From Candidatus Saccharimonadota bacterium (GTDB lineage: Bacteria; Patescibacteriota; Saccharimonadia; CAILAD01; BJGX01), in contig JAXLZU010000001.1 in assembly GCA_046350735.1 (NCBI GenBank), positions 140,530 to 204,529 of the forward strand: a stretch of DNA of 64,000 nt, given 5' to 3'. Below are positions 1-9,768 of this stretch, piece after piece (position 1 is the stretch's first letter; each line of letters starts with the position of its first letter). A program made the position numbers and the translations under genes. A model generated the notes under the pieces. It saw only the letters and a list, made by a program, of their open reading frames with translations. It did no database searches and was not told the DNA's origin.

Positions 1-48
1 CTTGATTGGTATAGAGCTACAAAAGAAGGTCAATCAGTACTGCAAAGA

Positions 49-1533
49 TTGGGCTGGAAAGATGCTATAGATACAAAAGAAGAGATTAAAAGATTTTTAT
101 CCCAGGCAGTTATTATGGCTCATCAAAACAAGATTGAAGTTGGCCATACACAATCGATAAGTTGGGGTCATGAACAATTAGAAAAAAGAATACAAGAAAA
201 GCTAGAGAGTGGTGAATCGGCCACAGTCGAACCTACATTTTTCTCTTTTTTTACTAATCCAGAAATTCTTGTTGAGGTTGCTTTGCAGGCAGAAAAGCTA
301 AAACAATTTTATTTAGCTATAGAGACAGCTTTAAAGACTCAAAAACTTGATCATATAAATGAAGCCAAACAGATTATGTTAGGTTTGCATAAGCATCGTC
401 TTAATGCATTGATTGCAAGCAACTATCGAGATCTTATTATTCTGTTGGAACAATACAAACTAGCCCCAACAATACTAAATACAAAGCAAATTAACCAGTT
501 ACATACACTATTTCCGCATATAAGCAGAACCAATGTTGATGATTTGGATAAAATGGCGCAAATCTATAGTGTAATTGATAAATTTATTACAGGTATCGAC
601 ACAGAAAATAGTTTTGGACAAATAGAAGCCGAGATTGAATATTTAGAGATAGAACTGCAAAAAGACATTGCAGAACAAGATAGTGACATAGATAGTGCTA
701 AGCGACAAGAACTGCCTAACATAACCATTAATGCGAATGAATTAAAACAACTTTTTGAGACTATTTTATTAAAATATAATCTTCTAGATGAATTAAATCG
801 CAACTGGAATGAGGAAGAAAAAAATCAAAAATGGCATGTTGTTGTTAGTCGTCTAAAAGAAAACTTGTCGGTCTATGCAGAGAAGGGAATTATTTGGATA
901 CCCAAAGATTTTAATCGTAACCTTAATCAAAAAAAACCGGTAGGTGTTTTACCTCTGATAGACCATGAAATTACACATGTTCTGCAACATAAGAATGGTG
1001 CTGCTCTAGGGATTGGATTACTAGAGGTAGACCGGGCAGCTCGCTCTAGTATATGGTTTGAGGTAGGTGCTACCGAGCAAGAGAATCATTCATTCTTAGA
1101 ATACTTCAATATTCATAGGGGCCCAAATCTACATTACATAAAAGCTATGCAGACCCAGCTAAGAGGCGGGGGTATCTCTGATTGTATATTTACATTTTAT
1201 AAGAGCTTAATAGAATCGGGTGATATTGTAGACAAAAAAGCCGCAATAAGCTTCGCTACAGAAAGAACTTTACGCCTGTTTCGTAATGGTATTGAATACA
1301 CCCCAGGAAACGGTTATATCACGAATACCGAGCCCATAGAGTTTGCTTGGCAAGAATTGGTGTATAGACAGTTACCGGTTAACCTGCATTGGTTGTACTT
1401 TGTTGGCCGAATAAATTTTCTAGACTTAGCTGAACTACACCGAATTGGATGGCTAAATCGAGATGAAATATTTATTCCAGAGCTTATGCCAGATAAGATA
1501 GCATTGACCGAATTAAGAAAGCTCAAAAAATAG
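49..1533 (+). CDS. Uncharacterised HExxH-motif (zincin-like) protein, paralog A of the tandem pair
   Basis: 494-aa ORF. Contains 'LPLIDHEITHVLQH' (an HExxH motif) and shares several conserved blocks with the next ORF: 'GVLPLIDHExTHVLQH', 'ARSSxWFE', and a C-terminal 'YFVGRxNxxxLAxLHxIGWxN'. No recognisable signal peptide. The family is unknown to me. Confidence 0.6.
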   Translation: MGWKDAIDTKEEIKRFLSQAVIMAHQNKIEVGHTQSISWGHEQLEKRIQEKLESGESATVEPTFFSFFTNPEILVEVALQAEKLKQFYLAIETALKTQKLDHINEAKQIMLGLHKHRLNALIASNYRDLIILLEQYKLAPTILNTKQINQLHTLFPHISRTNVDDLDKMAQIYSVIDKFITGIDTENSFGQIEAEIEYLEIELQKDIAEQDSDIDSAKRQELPNITINANELKQLFETILLKYNLLDELNRNWNEEEKNQKWHVVVSRLKENLSVYAEKGIIWIPKDFNRNLNQKKPVGVLPLIDHEITHVLQHKNGAALGIGLLEVDRAARSSIWFEVGATEQENHSFLEYFNIHRGPNLHYIKAMQTQLRGGGISDCIFTFYKSLIESGDIVDKKAAISFATERTLRLFRNGIEYTPGNGYITNTEPIEFAWQELVYRQLPVNLHWLYFVGRINFLDLAELHRIGWLNRDEIFIPELMPDKIALTELRKLKK

Positions 1534-1582
1534 TCAATTAACTATATAAATGACTATATAATTATAAAGAAGGAATAATTTT

Positions 1583-3397
1583 ATGCCCGAGAAAAATCTA
1601 TCATTATATCCAGAAAGACCCAATTCAGAAAGCGATAGTTTCAGGCAGACTATTGAGATTTTAAGCAATCCTGCCGAAGTTGAATTGTCCCCAGAGCAGA
1701 AAGCTGAGGTAACAGCATTTGAACATTCGCTAGCGAATTGTAATATTGACGTGAGTAATGAAGTTAATAAACCTCCATATACTATTGGTGAAATATTTAA
1801 GATTGATATTCAAGAGGAAAAGCTTTGTCTTGACTATTTTTTGAATGCATTTGGCACGAGTGTAGATAACCCTACAGATAGAGAAGCTATGAAGCAAGCT
1901 TTGATTCGATTTCAATCGCTTCCCAAAGAAGAACGACTAACTCTTGAAGCGATCGAGAATTCTAAGAATTATGCTCGTGATATGCTTGAGGATAATCTTA
2001 GAGACCTTCTTGCTATTGGTGCCTATGATCGAAGGAAAGAGCCAACCTATTTACGTATTCTTGATGATCCAAATCTTTTAATTGAGAAAGTTGATGCTGC
2101 CCGTCAATTAAAGCATTACTATAAAGCAGTAGAGAGAGATATGGGTATCTTAAGTTCAGGTGATCCCGTCGATACAGCGAAACTACTGATGATACAACTG
2201 CACAAAGAGCGTATTAATACTATTATAGCTGCTAGCTATAGGGATGCTATCACCTTAATAGAACAGGATAGAGTTGGTAATGTATTAAGTGACGAACAAC
2301 GTGCTATTCTATTTCGTTCATTGCCTGGTTTGGCAGCTCGCAACAAAGATGCTTTACTCGATGATGCAGAGTTGGTTGATAAAGAAAGATTTGCACGCAC
2401 TTTGGCACGTATTGACCATTTTATTAATGGAGTCGACAAAAGCCGTGGATATTCACCAATTTCACAAGCGTTATTGGATTTACGGGATCGCTATGAAGCT
2501 GAGCAGATTGAGGGGCAATACGAATATGAAGATGTTGATCCAGAATTATTGAAGAAAACAAAAGTTAATGCCGAGCAGCTTGCAGAAATGTTTCAACAGG
2601 TATTACGCGAGTATGGTCTATTAAGCTCAAGTACCGATTATGATCCAAAATCTAGCGTGAGAGCAGAGGATGATTTGTGGCGGGTTATTATTGACCCACG
2701 GGCGAGTAGAAAATCGCTTGCTATTAACAATCTCAAAGGCACAGTTATGTTACCCCAAAAGTTTAGCAGAACATTAAATCAAACAATGCCGGCAGGCGTT
2801 TTACCTCTAATTGATCATGAAACTACTCACGTATTGCAACATGAGAATGCCGACAGGCTTGGTTTAGAGCTATTTAATGGACCAGGTAGTGCACGCTCTT
2901 CTTTGTGGTTCGAGGCGGGTGGTGTCGTTTGGGAAACGGTAGCTCAAGAGAAGCTTTTTGGACAGCAGCGATCAACCAATTTTACTTATCTTGCTGCTGT
3001 AGAGAAAAGACTAGAGGGTGGAAGTATGACAGATTGTGCATTTGAGTTCTTAAAAGAAAAGATGCGAACCAACCCTGATAAAGACCCACAACAAATGGTA
3101 TCTACAGCAGTTGGTAGCGCACTTAGGCTTTTTAATAATGGTGGAGAATGGACGGTCGGTACGAGCTATTGTAGCAATACAGGACCACTAGAATATGCAG
3201 AACAAAAGATACTAGCAGATTCTGTGCCAGAAAATATGCGATATCTGTTTTATGTTGGAAGAGTTAACTTAGAAGTATTGGCGCAGTTACATAAAATAGG
3301 CTGGTTTAATAAAGAGGATTTCATTGTCCCTGAAAGACTACCTTCAACAATCGTAGAGCCATATGTAAAGTCTGAAATCCTATCTGTAGAAGAGTAA
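1583..3397 (+). CDS. Uncharacterised HExxH-motif (zincin-like) protein, paralog B (longer N-terminus)
   Basis: 604-aa ORF. 'LPLIDHETTHVLQHEN' HExxH motif. Clear paralogy to the 49..1533 product over the C-terminal ~350 aa. RBS-like 'aaggaa' upstream of the ATG. Confidence 0.6.
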   Translation: MPEKNLSLYPERPNSESDSFRQTIEILSNPAEVELSPEQKAEVTAFEHSLANCNIDVSNEVNKPPYTIGEIFKIDIQEEKLCLDYFLNAFGTSVDNPTDREAMKQALIRFQSLPKEERLTLEAIENSKNYARDMLEDNLRDLLAIGAYDRRKEPTYLRILDDPNLLIEKVDAARQLKHYYKAVERDMGILSSGDPVDTAKLLMIQLHKERINTIIAASYRDAITLIEQDRVGNVLSDEQRAILFRSLPGLAARNKDALLDDAELVDKERFARTLARIDHFINGVDKSRGYSPISQALLDLRDRYEAEQIEGQYEYEDVDPELLKKTKVNAEQLAEMFQQVLREYGLLSSSTDYDPKSSVRAEDDLWRVIIDPRASRKSLAINNLKGTVMLPQKFSRTLNQTMPAGVLPLIDHETTHVLQHENADRLGLELFNGPGSARSSLWFEAGGVVWETVAQEKLFGQQRSTNFTYLAAVEKRLEGGSMTDCAFEFLKEKMRTNPDKDPQQMVSTAVGSALRLFNNGGEWTVGTSYCSNTGPLEYAEQKILADSVPENMRYLFYVGRVNLEVLAQLHKIGWFNKEDFIVPERLPSTIVEPYVKSEILSVEE

Positions 3398-3404
3398 AAA
3401 AGCA

Positions 3405-3433
3405 TTTACAATTAGGAAAAAATTTAGTATAAT
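3405..3433 (+). promoter_or_regulatory. Near-consensus sigma70-type promoter (TTTACA, 17-bp spacer, TATAAT) ahead of the ATP-grasp gene trio
   Basis: 'tttaca' at 3405-3410 and 'tataat' at 3428-3433, with a 17-bp spacer. RBS 'aggaag' then ATG at 3461. Confidence 0.5.
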
Positions 3434-3460
3434 CTGTTGATTAGTTAGGAAGCAAAGATA

Positions 3461-4372
3461 ATGAAAAAGATTCTCGTATTCTATAGTTACAAAAAGCACA
3501 AAACCGGCTACTACAAAACACTTTTTTCTCGACTTAATGAGGGCGCAAAAAAACACAACCTCAAACTTTTTCAAGGTTCGGTAAAAGATCTGCGCATAAG
3601 CATCCAGAATAATAAATTGTGTGTTGTAGAGGCTTTAACGAACCAACCACTCAATAATTTTGATGTGGTTTACTTTGAGTTATGGTCGAAAGCTCCACAA
3701 CATGCTCTGGCAGCTGCCATTTTTTTACACAATACTAATACACCATTTATTACTAGCGAGATGACTCAAGTAATGTCGACATCTAAGTTAGGCGAGATGG
3801 CTAAAATGACTTCAGTTAATTTACCTATGCCCGATAGTTATTTTGCTAACAATAAAGACTTACTAGAATTCAGCAAGCAAAAAGATGCCTTTATTTCATT
3901 TCCGATGATAGTAAAGAATACCGAGACTTTCGGTGGCCAAGATAATTACTTAGTAAAAAATAGTGTAGAGCTAGAGAAAATTCTTGCTCAACATCCAAAA
4001 GTTCAATTTGTCTTACAGCAATTTATTCCAAACGATTGTGATTATCGGGTTTTGGTTTTTGGCGGCAAGATACGTGCAATTATGCGACGTACAGCAGTAA
4101 AAGGTAGTCACCTCAATAACACTTCAGCAGGTGGTGAAGGAGAAATGTTACCACTTAATTCGCTCTCTCCAGAAATTTGTACTGATGTGTTGATGGCAGC
4201 AAAGGTAACTAACCGAGAAGAACTGGCTGGCGTGGACGTAGTAATTGATAAAAATACTAACAAGCACTATATACTGGAAGTAAATCAAGCACCTGGTATC
4301 GAATTGGGAGAACATACCGAAGTAAAGATGGACGCATTCTTTTCGTATATAAAGGAGCTGGCAAACCAATGA
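3461..4372 (+). CDS. RimK-like ATP-grasp ligase (alpha-L-glutamate-ligase-like), paralog 1
   Basis: 303 aa. ATP-grasp signature blocks including '[35 protein letters not shown]' (compare RimK '[10 protein letters not shown]') and 'YILEVNQAPG'. Stop overlaps the next start (ATGA). Confidence 0.7.
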   Translation: MKKILVFYSYKKHKTGYYKTLFSRLNEGAKKHNLKLFQGSVKDLRISIQNNKLCVVEALTNQPLNNFDVVYFELWSKAPQHALAAAIFLHNTNTPFITSEMTQVMSTSKLGEMAKMTSVNLPMPDSYFANNKDLLEFSKQKDAFISFPMIVKNTETFGGQDNYLVKNSVELEKILAQHPKVQFVLQQFIPNDCDYRVLVFGGKIRAIMRRTAVKGSHLNNTSAGGEGEMLPLNSLSPEICTDVLMAAKVTNREELAGVDVVIDKNTNKHYILEVNQAPGIELGEHTEVKMDAFFSYIKELANQ

Positions 4373-5754
4373 AAAAACCAAGTATTTTATTTATTTTTGC
4401 TAATCGCGGAAGTGAAACAAGCACTAGATTTGGTGGCTTTACAAAACGATTAAAAAAATATGATGCGTTAGGGTATACAAGCAAAGCTGATGTTGCTGCA
4501 CTCGAAGATTTTCTGTATGTAATTGATAATGGTGAAGCGAAGATTATTGATATGTTTACTGGCAAAGATATTGCGAGCTATAGCTTTGTGTACTTTAAGG
4601 GTTGGGAGAGTATGTCCGATAGAGCCGCAGCAGCAGCCATCTATCTTCAAGTACACGGCATACCTTTTATTGACACAACTGTAGCGCAAAAAGGAAATCC
4701 TAATAAATTAGTTTCTCATTTTCGTTTGTGGCAAAATTTATTGCCGGTTGCCAAAACACTGTATACAAGCTCTACCCATGCAGAGGCTGCGTTAGATAAA
4801 AAGATTCTCCAATATCCTATTGTTATTAAATCTACAGTTGGGCAAAAAGGAAAAGACAACTATTTAGCCAAAACAAAAAAAGAGGCTCTTAAGATTATCA
4901 AGACATATCCAGACACCGATTTTATGATGCAAGAGTTTATTCATAATGAGGGCGACTGGCGTATACAGGTATATGGTAATAAGGCTGCACTTGCCCTAAA
5001 ACGTATAGGTAAAACCGGCTCTCATTTAAACAATACTTCGGCCGGTGGCAAAACAGTTATGACAGAGCTTAGCAACGTTGGCCCATTACTTTTAGAGATG
5101 GCTGAAGATGCCGCCCAGGTAATGGACTTGCAGGTAGCAGGTGTGGATCTTATTGAAGATAAAAAGACAAAAAAAATCTACGTGCTAGAGGTTAATCAGG
5201 GATCGCAAATTATTACTGGGGCACCAGAATTTGTTAAGGCCAATATACCTGCATTCGATAATTTTCTAAAACGCGCAATAAAACGTCGTTTTACCCGTAA
5301 GAATAAATTTTACAATCTGCCAAAAACTATTATCGGACGACATGAGCTTGTAAGTTTACCAGAATTTGGTGTGACCGATATTACTGCTAAGACAGACACT
5401 GGTGCTTATCATAGTGCTCTGCATGCCGAGAATATTATTATCAAGAAAGAACGAGGCAAAGAGGTTTTGCACTTTAGTATACCTGTCTTTGCAAATGGAC
5501 ATCAGAAAACTGCAGTTATGGTTGATTGTACAAGTTTGGATTTTTCTGTAGTAGATATAAAAAACTCTTTCGGAGGATGGCAAAAACGTTATAAGATAAA
5601 TACAGTGGTTGAAATCGGTGGCAAAAAATACGATACTCAACTAACACTAACAAACCGCGAAAGCCAAAAAATCCCAATGTTGCTTGGTAGAAAGTTGCTT
5701 AGAGGAAACTTCTTGGTTAACGTTGAACTCTCACGAAAGGAAGTTGAAATATGA
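4369..5754 (+). CDS. RimK-like ATP-grasp ligase fused to a C-terminal DUF785 retropepsin-like ('putative ATP-dependent zinc protease') domain
   Basis: 461 aa. The N-terminal ~300 aa is paralogous to the previous ORF ('[34 protein letters not shown]', 'YVLEVNQGS'). The C-terminal ~150 aa has '[17 protein letters not shown]' (a D-T-G-A aspartic-protease-like motif), typical of the RimK-associated DUF785 domain. Confidence 0.65.
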   Translation: MKKPSILFIFANRGSETSTRFGGFTKRLKKYDALGYTSKADVAALEDFLYVIDNGEAKIIDMFTGKDIASYSFVYFKGWESMSDRAAAAAIYLQVHGIPFIDTTVAQKGNPNKLVSHFRLWQNLLPVAKTLYTSSTHAEAALDKKILQYPIVIKSTVGQKGKDNYLAKTKKEALKIIKTYPDTDFMMQEFIHNEGDWRIQVYGNKAALALKRIGKTGSHLNNTSAGGKTVMTELSNVGPLLLEMAEDAAQVMDLQVAGVDLIEDKKTKKIYVLEVNQGSQIITGAPEFVKANIPAFDNFLKRAIKRRFTRKNKFYNLPKTIIGRHELVSLPEFGVTDITAKTDTGAYHSALHAENIIIKKERGKEVLHFSIPVFANGHQKTAVMVDCTSLDFSVVDIKNSFGGWQKRYKINTVVEIGGKKYDTQLTLTNRESQKIPMLLGRKLLRGNFLVNVELSRKEVEI

Positions 5755-6656
5755 AAATTGTTATTTTATCACGAGGCCCGTCGAACTATTCAACTAGACG
5801 TTTGGTAGAGGCAGCTATTGCACGTGGTCATAGTGCCAAAGTAGTTAATCATGCTAACTGTTATGTCGATATAGAACGAAATAAACCAGCAATTTTATAT
5901 AATGGCTATTCTTTAGAGAATGTAGATATTGTTATACCGCGTATTGGCCAGTCAATTACTAGCTACGGTTCTGCTGTTGTACGTCAGTTTGAGATGATGC
6001 GTGTTTATACTCCGGTTAGCTCTCTCGCCCTGGTTAGAAGCCGAGATAAGCTACGTAGCATGCAACTTCTTGCTCGCTCGGGAGTTGGTATTCCTAAGAC
6101 AGTGTTTGCACGACAAGCCAAAGAAACCGATGAGCTAATAGAAAAAGCTGGTGGTGCACCGGTGGTAATTAAGCTACTCGAAGGTACACATGGTATTGGT
6201 GTAGTCTTGGCCGAGACTCGTAAAGCGGCTAAGTCGGTTATTGAAGCATTTTATGGACTTGGTGCTAACATTCTTATTCAAGAATTTATTGAAGAAGCGC
6301 ACGGTGCAGATATTCGCGTAATTGTAGTAGGCGAGCGTGTGGTAGGTGCTATGATGCGCAAGGGTCCAGAAGATGAGTTTCGGTCCAACTTGCATCGTGG
6401 TGGCGAATCGTTGCCTGTTGAGCTAACCAAAAAAGAAGCTAATATTGCAATTAAGGCCGCCCGTACTCTTGGCCTGCCAATTGCTGGTGTAGATATCATC
6501 CGCTCTAAACGCGGCCCATTGGTATTAGAAGTTAATTCTAGCCCAGGACTAGGTGGTATCGAGATGCAAACCAAAGAAGATATCGCAGGTGAGATAATCG
6601 ACTACGTGGTTTCTAAGGCTTCAGGCAAACGCCGTAAAGATAGAATCGGTGCTTAA
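5751..6656 (+). CDS. rimK: Ribosomal protein S6 glutamate ligase RimK (canonical ATP-grasp)
   Basis: 301 aa. '[22 protein letters not shown]...', '[18 protein letters not shown]', '[15 protein letters not shown]'. Translationally coupled to the upstream gene (ATGA overlap). Confidence 0.85.
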   Translation: MKIVILSRGPSNYSTRRLVEAAIARGHSAKVVNHANCYVDIERNKPAILYNGYSLENVDIVIPRIGQSITSYGSAVVRQFEMMRVYTPVSSLALVRSRDKLRSMQLLARSGVGIPKTVFARQAKETDELIEKAGGAPVVIKLLEGTHGIGVVLAETRKAAKSVIEAFYGLGANILIQEFIEEAHGADIRVIVVGERVVGAMMRKGPEDEFRSNLHRGGESLPVELTKKEANIAIKAARTLGLPIAGVDIIRSKRGPLVLEVNSSPGLGGIEMQTKEDIAGEIIDYVVSKASGKRRKDRIGA

Positions 6657-6752
6657 GGATTGATTTTTGTAGAAAAATCAGGTTAAATATATAGGTATTT
6701 CCCTCAATCTTATTAGTTTTACCCGATCAAAAGCGATAATAATTTTGGATGC

Positions 6753-6829
6753 GGGTCCGTAGCTCAGTTGGTTAGAGCACCTGCCTTTTAAGCAGGGTGT
6801 CGTGAGTTCGAGTCTCACCGGACCCACCA
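6753..6829 (+). tRNA. tRNA-Lys (anticodon UUU)
   Basis: Hand-folded cloverleaf. Acceptor gggtccg/cggaccc (7 bp), D-arm 'agctcagttggttagagc', anticodon stem ctgcc/ggcag with loop 'cTTTTaa', T-arm gtgag-ttcgagt-ctcac, and a genomically encoded CCA. Confidence 0.85.
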
Positions 6830-6831
6830 AT

Positions 6832-6868
6832 AAATAAACCTCATCTATTGATGAGGTTTATTTATTGA
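6832..6868 (+). terminator. Hairpin terminator after tRNA-Lys
   Basis: 'aaataaacctcatc-tattg-atgaggtttattt' forms a perfect ~13-bp stem followed by a T-rich tail. Confidence 0.55.
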
Positions 6869-6976
6869 AGAAGTTTTGTTGGCTCGAACGCAGTTCGGTG
6901 TAAGAAAGCGCGCAGTGAAAATTGAAAAACTTGTTATGATATTTTTCAAGCACTTTCTGGAGGTGGCGAAGCCACT

Positions 6977-6994
6977 GTCTCACCGGACCCACCA
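6977..6994 (+). repeat. 18-bp exact direct repeat of the tRNA-Lys 3' end ('gtctcaccggacccacca'), 165 bp downstream of the tRNA
   Basis: Identical to 6812-6829. Immediately followed by a short hairpin ('ccgaa ttgt ttcgg') and a T-run at 7002-7027. Confidence 0.8.
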
Positions 6995-7075
6995 TAGAAA
7001 AAACCCGAATTGTTTCGGCTTTTTTCTTATGCTTGGATCTAAAATGCTCAAGCTCATAGCATAGATAAAAGATAT

Positions 7076-8566
7076 ATGAGACGCAATGTACAGATTATTC
7101 TATTTGCACTAGCCTTTATGGTTGGTATTATTTTGGCTGCCAACTTTTGGTTTCCTTTTTCTTGGTGGCTAGCGCTAGCTGGTTTGGTCTTTCTGTTAAC
7201 TGTGTTTATATTTAAATCAAAACTAGGATACATTGTAATTGTTGCTGCAGCTATGCTTTTAGGTATTGCTCGTTACGAGTTTTGGTATACTCATCAACCT
7301 GTCTCAGTAGACACATTAGCTGATCAGAAGGTAACAATTACCGGTGTCGTCAGTGGTGAGCCAAGTTGGGATCAATACCATATGTATGTCTTCTATATTG
7401 ATAATGTGCATGTTAACGGAGTAGGTTATGCGGGTCTTGTTCGAGCAAAAAGTGTTAGCGGACAAGTGCACGAAGGTCAGATGGTGCAAGTGCGTGGCAA
7501 AGCAAGATCGAGTCTGGGCAAAGCTAGCATACTAATAAGTTATGCTGATGTTGAGATAATCTCACGAGCTCAGCCGTTTATTGTTGTTGCAAAAGAAACT
7601 TTTCTGAATGGATTAAATACTACATTAAGTCACGATTCAGCGGCTTTTGTGGCTGGTACACTTATTGGCTCTCGCTCGGCACTGCCAAAAGCACTACAAG
7701 ATTTACTATCGGCAGTAGGTCTTTCTCATGTTATAGCTGTTTCTGGCTATAATCTAACCATTCTAGTTGCTCTGCTTGCTATGCTGCTTGGCAAGAAATG
7801 GCGATGGGGTGGCCTAATTATTTCACTTTGGGTAATTTTGGGGTTTGTGATAATCTCTGGTGCAAATGCCGCAATTGTAAGAGCAGGAATAATGAGCACA
7901 ATATTTTTGGTGGCCAACTTTTATGGTAAGCGTGTTAACTTGGTGGTATGTATGGCGTTAACGGGTCTGGGAATGGTAGTAATAAATCCTGCCAATCTAC
8001 TAAGCGATATTGGCTGGCAACTTTCTTTTGCTTCACTTTTTGGTATTGCTACCCTTGGGCCAAAGATTGGCCGACTTTTGCCAAAACGCCCTGCCTGGCT
8101 GAATGAGATTTTGTCGGTAACTCTATCAGCTCAGTTAGCTACTGCCGGTATTATTGCGTATAATTTTGGCACTCTTAGCCTGATTGCACCAATAGTAAAT
8201 TGTATTGTAATGCCATTGGTTCCGATAATAATGGCTTATGGAGCGCTAGTGGCGTTCTTTGGAATGATCTTACCAAATTTAGGTGGAATTATTGCCCGTC
8301 CATTAGATGCTTCAGTGGTAATACTATTTGATTTTCTAAAATTTATGCAGCATTTTAAATGGGCAAGCGTGCAAATATCGTCTCTGAGTATTGTGGTGGT
8401 TTGCTTGTATTATGCCGTATTATCTTTTTGGGTAATTATGGCCCGCAAAACAGATTCGAAAGATTTACCAACAGATATAGATCGTGCTACAATAACCAAT
8501 ATTGTTGACTCAGCAAATAAGCCAGTATTTTCTAAAAAAGGAGCACAAAATGTCAGGCCACAGTAA
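7076..8566 (+). CDS. comEC: ComEC/Rec2-family DNA internalisation channel protein
   Basis: 496 aa, polytopic. 'LSAVGLSHVIAVSGYNLTILVALL' matches the ComEC competence-domain motif. Confidence 0.75.
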   Translation: MRRNVQIILFALAFMVGIILAANFWFPFSWWLALAGLVFLLTVFIFKSKLGYIVIVAAAMLLGIARYEFWYTHQPVSVDTLADQKVTITGVVSGEPSWDQYHMYVFYIDNVHVNGVGYAGLVRAKSVSGQVHEGQMVQVRGKARSSLGKASILISYADVEIISRAQPFIVVAKETFLNGLNTTLSHDSAAFVAGTLIGSRSALPKALQDLLSAVGLSHVIAVSGYNLTILVALLAMLLGKKWRWGGLIISLWVILGFVIISGANAAIVRAGIMSTIFLVANFYGKRVNLVVCMALTGLGMVVINPANLLSDIGWQLSFASLFGIATLGPKIGRLLPKRPAWLNEILSVTLSAQLATAGIIAYNFGTLSLIAPIVNCIVMPLVPIIMAYGALVAFFGMILPNLGGIIARPLDASVVILFDFLKFMQHFKWASVQISSLSIVVVCLYYAVLSFWVIMARKTDSKDLPTDIDRATITNIVDSANKPVFSKKGAQNVRPQ

Positions 8567-9287
8567 ATGGGCAAGTATTAAACATAAAAAAGGCGCCGCC
8601 GATGCTAAGCGCGGTAAAATCTTTACCAAATTGGGTAACGAAATTGCTGTAGCTGCGCGCGAAGGTGCTGATCCTGCAATGAATTTCAAGCTTAGATTGG
8701 CTGTAGCTAAGGCCAAACAGGCCAATATGCCAGCTGCTAACATTGAGCGATCGATTGCTCGAGGGGCTGGTACTGGTGAAGGTGCCGCACTCGAAGAACT
8801 AACATATGAAGGTTATGGCCCTGCAGGAGTTGCTATTATGGCTAAGGCATTAACTGATAATCGCAATCGCACAGCCTCTGATGTAAAATCATCTTTTTCT
8901 AAATTTGGTGGTAATTTGGGCGGGCCAGGATCGGTCGCTTATATGTTTGATCAAAAAGGTGTTATTCTAGCAAAGCCAGATGTAGATAAAGATGATATTG
9001 CACTTAAGGCAATAGAGCTAGGTGCTGATGATATAGATGATAGCGGCCAACAAGTAATTGTGTACACTGCAGCCGGAGAGCTAGAGAAGATTCGTGATGA
9101 ACTCGGCCCAGACAATGTAGATACTGCCGAAGTAAAGTTGATTCCCAACCAATCTGTGTTGGTCGAGGACGAGGCTAAAGCCCGGACAATTATGAAGCTT
9201 ATGGATGCACTAGACGATCTAGATGATGTAGTAGAGGTAACTGCCAACTTTGATATTCCCGAAGAGATTTTAGAAAAGCTGGAATAA
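8550..9287 (+). CDS. yebC: YebC/PmpR-family transcriptional regulator
   Basis: Start chosen at 'MSGHSKWASIKHKKG' (RBS 'aaaggag' 8 nt upstream). The track ORF begins at 8502 and overlaps comEC. 'DNRNRTASDVKSSFSKFGGNLG' is characteristic of YebC. Confidence 0.85.
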   Translation: MSGHSKWASIKHKKGAADAKRGKIFTKLGNEIAVAAREGADPAMNFKLRLAVAKAKQANMPAANIERSIARGAGTGEGAALEELTYEGYGPAGVAIMAKALTDNRNRTASDVKSSFSKFGGNLGGPGSVAYMFDQKGVILAKPDVDKDDIALKAIELGADDIDDSGQQVIVYTAAGELEKIRDELGPDNVDTAEVKLIPNQSVLVEDEAKARTIMKLMDALDDLDDVVEVTANFDIPEEILEKLE

Positions 9288-9761
9288 ATGAAGATCTTAG
9301 GTATCGACCCTGGTACTGCCACAACCGGTTTTGGTGTTATTACAAAAGAACAGGGTAAGTTGTCTGCTATAGACTACGGTGTAATAAGCACTAGCAAACG
9401 GCTAGATATGCATTTACGCCTTAACATTATCTTCCAAGACTTAACCGATTTGATACACCATCATAAGCCAAATATTATTGCGGTAGAAAAGCTCTACTTC
9501 GTAAAAAACATCACTACAGGTATATCGGTAGGGCAAGCCAGGGGAGTAGTGTTGCTAACTGCTGCACGGGCCGATCTTACATTACTCGAATTTACGCCAC
9601 TACAAGTTAAGCAGGCAGTAACAGGGTATGGGCAGGCCAACAAAAAACAAATTCAAGAAATGGTAACAAAGATACTAAAGCTTCCTTCTCTTCCGCAACC
9701 AGATGATGCTGCTGATGCTCTGGCAATAGCTATTTGTGCCAGCTCGCAAACACGCATATAA
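9288..9761 (+). CDS. ruvC: Holliday junction resolvase RuvC
   Basis: 'MKILGIDPGTATTGFGVI'; 157 aa. Confidence 0.9.
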   Translation: MKILGIDPGTATTGFGVITKEQGKLSAIDYGVISTSKRLDMHLRLNIIFQDLTDLIHHHKPNIIAVEKLYFVKNITTGISVGQARGVVLLTAARADLTLLEFTPLQVKQAVTGYGQANKKQIQEMVTKILKLPSLPQPDDAADALAIAICASSQTRI

Positions 9762-9768
9762 TACAGAT

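Noticed and set aside
6876-7064. ORF 6876..7064 (62 aa) between tRNA-Lys and comEC
   Set aside because: It spans the duplicated tRNA 3'-end fragment and a terminator hairpin. No RBS and no conserved features. Likely noncoding.
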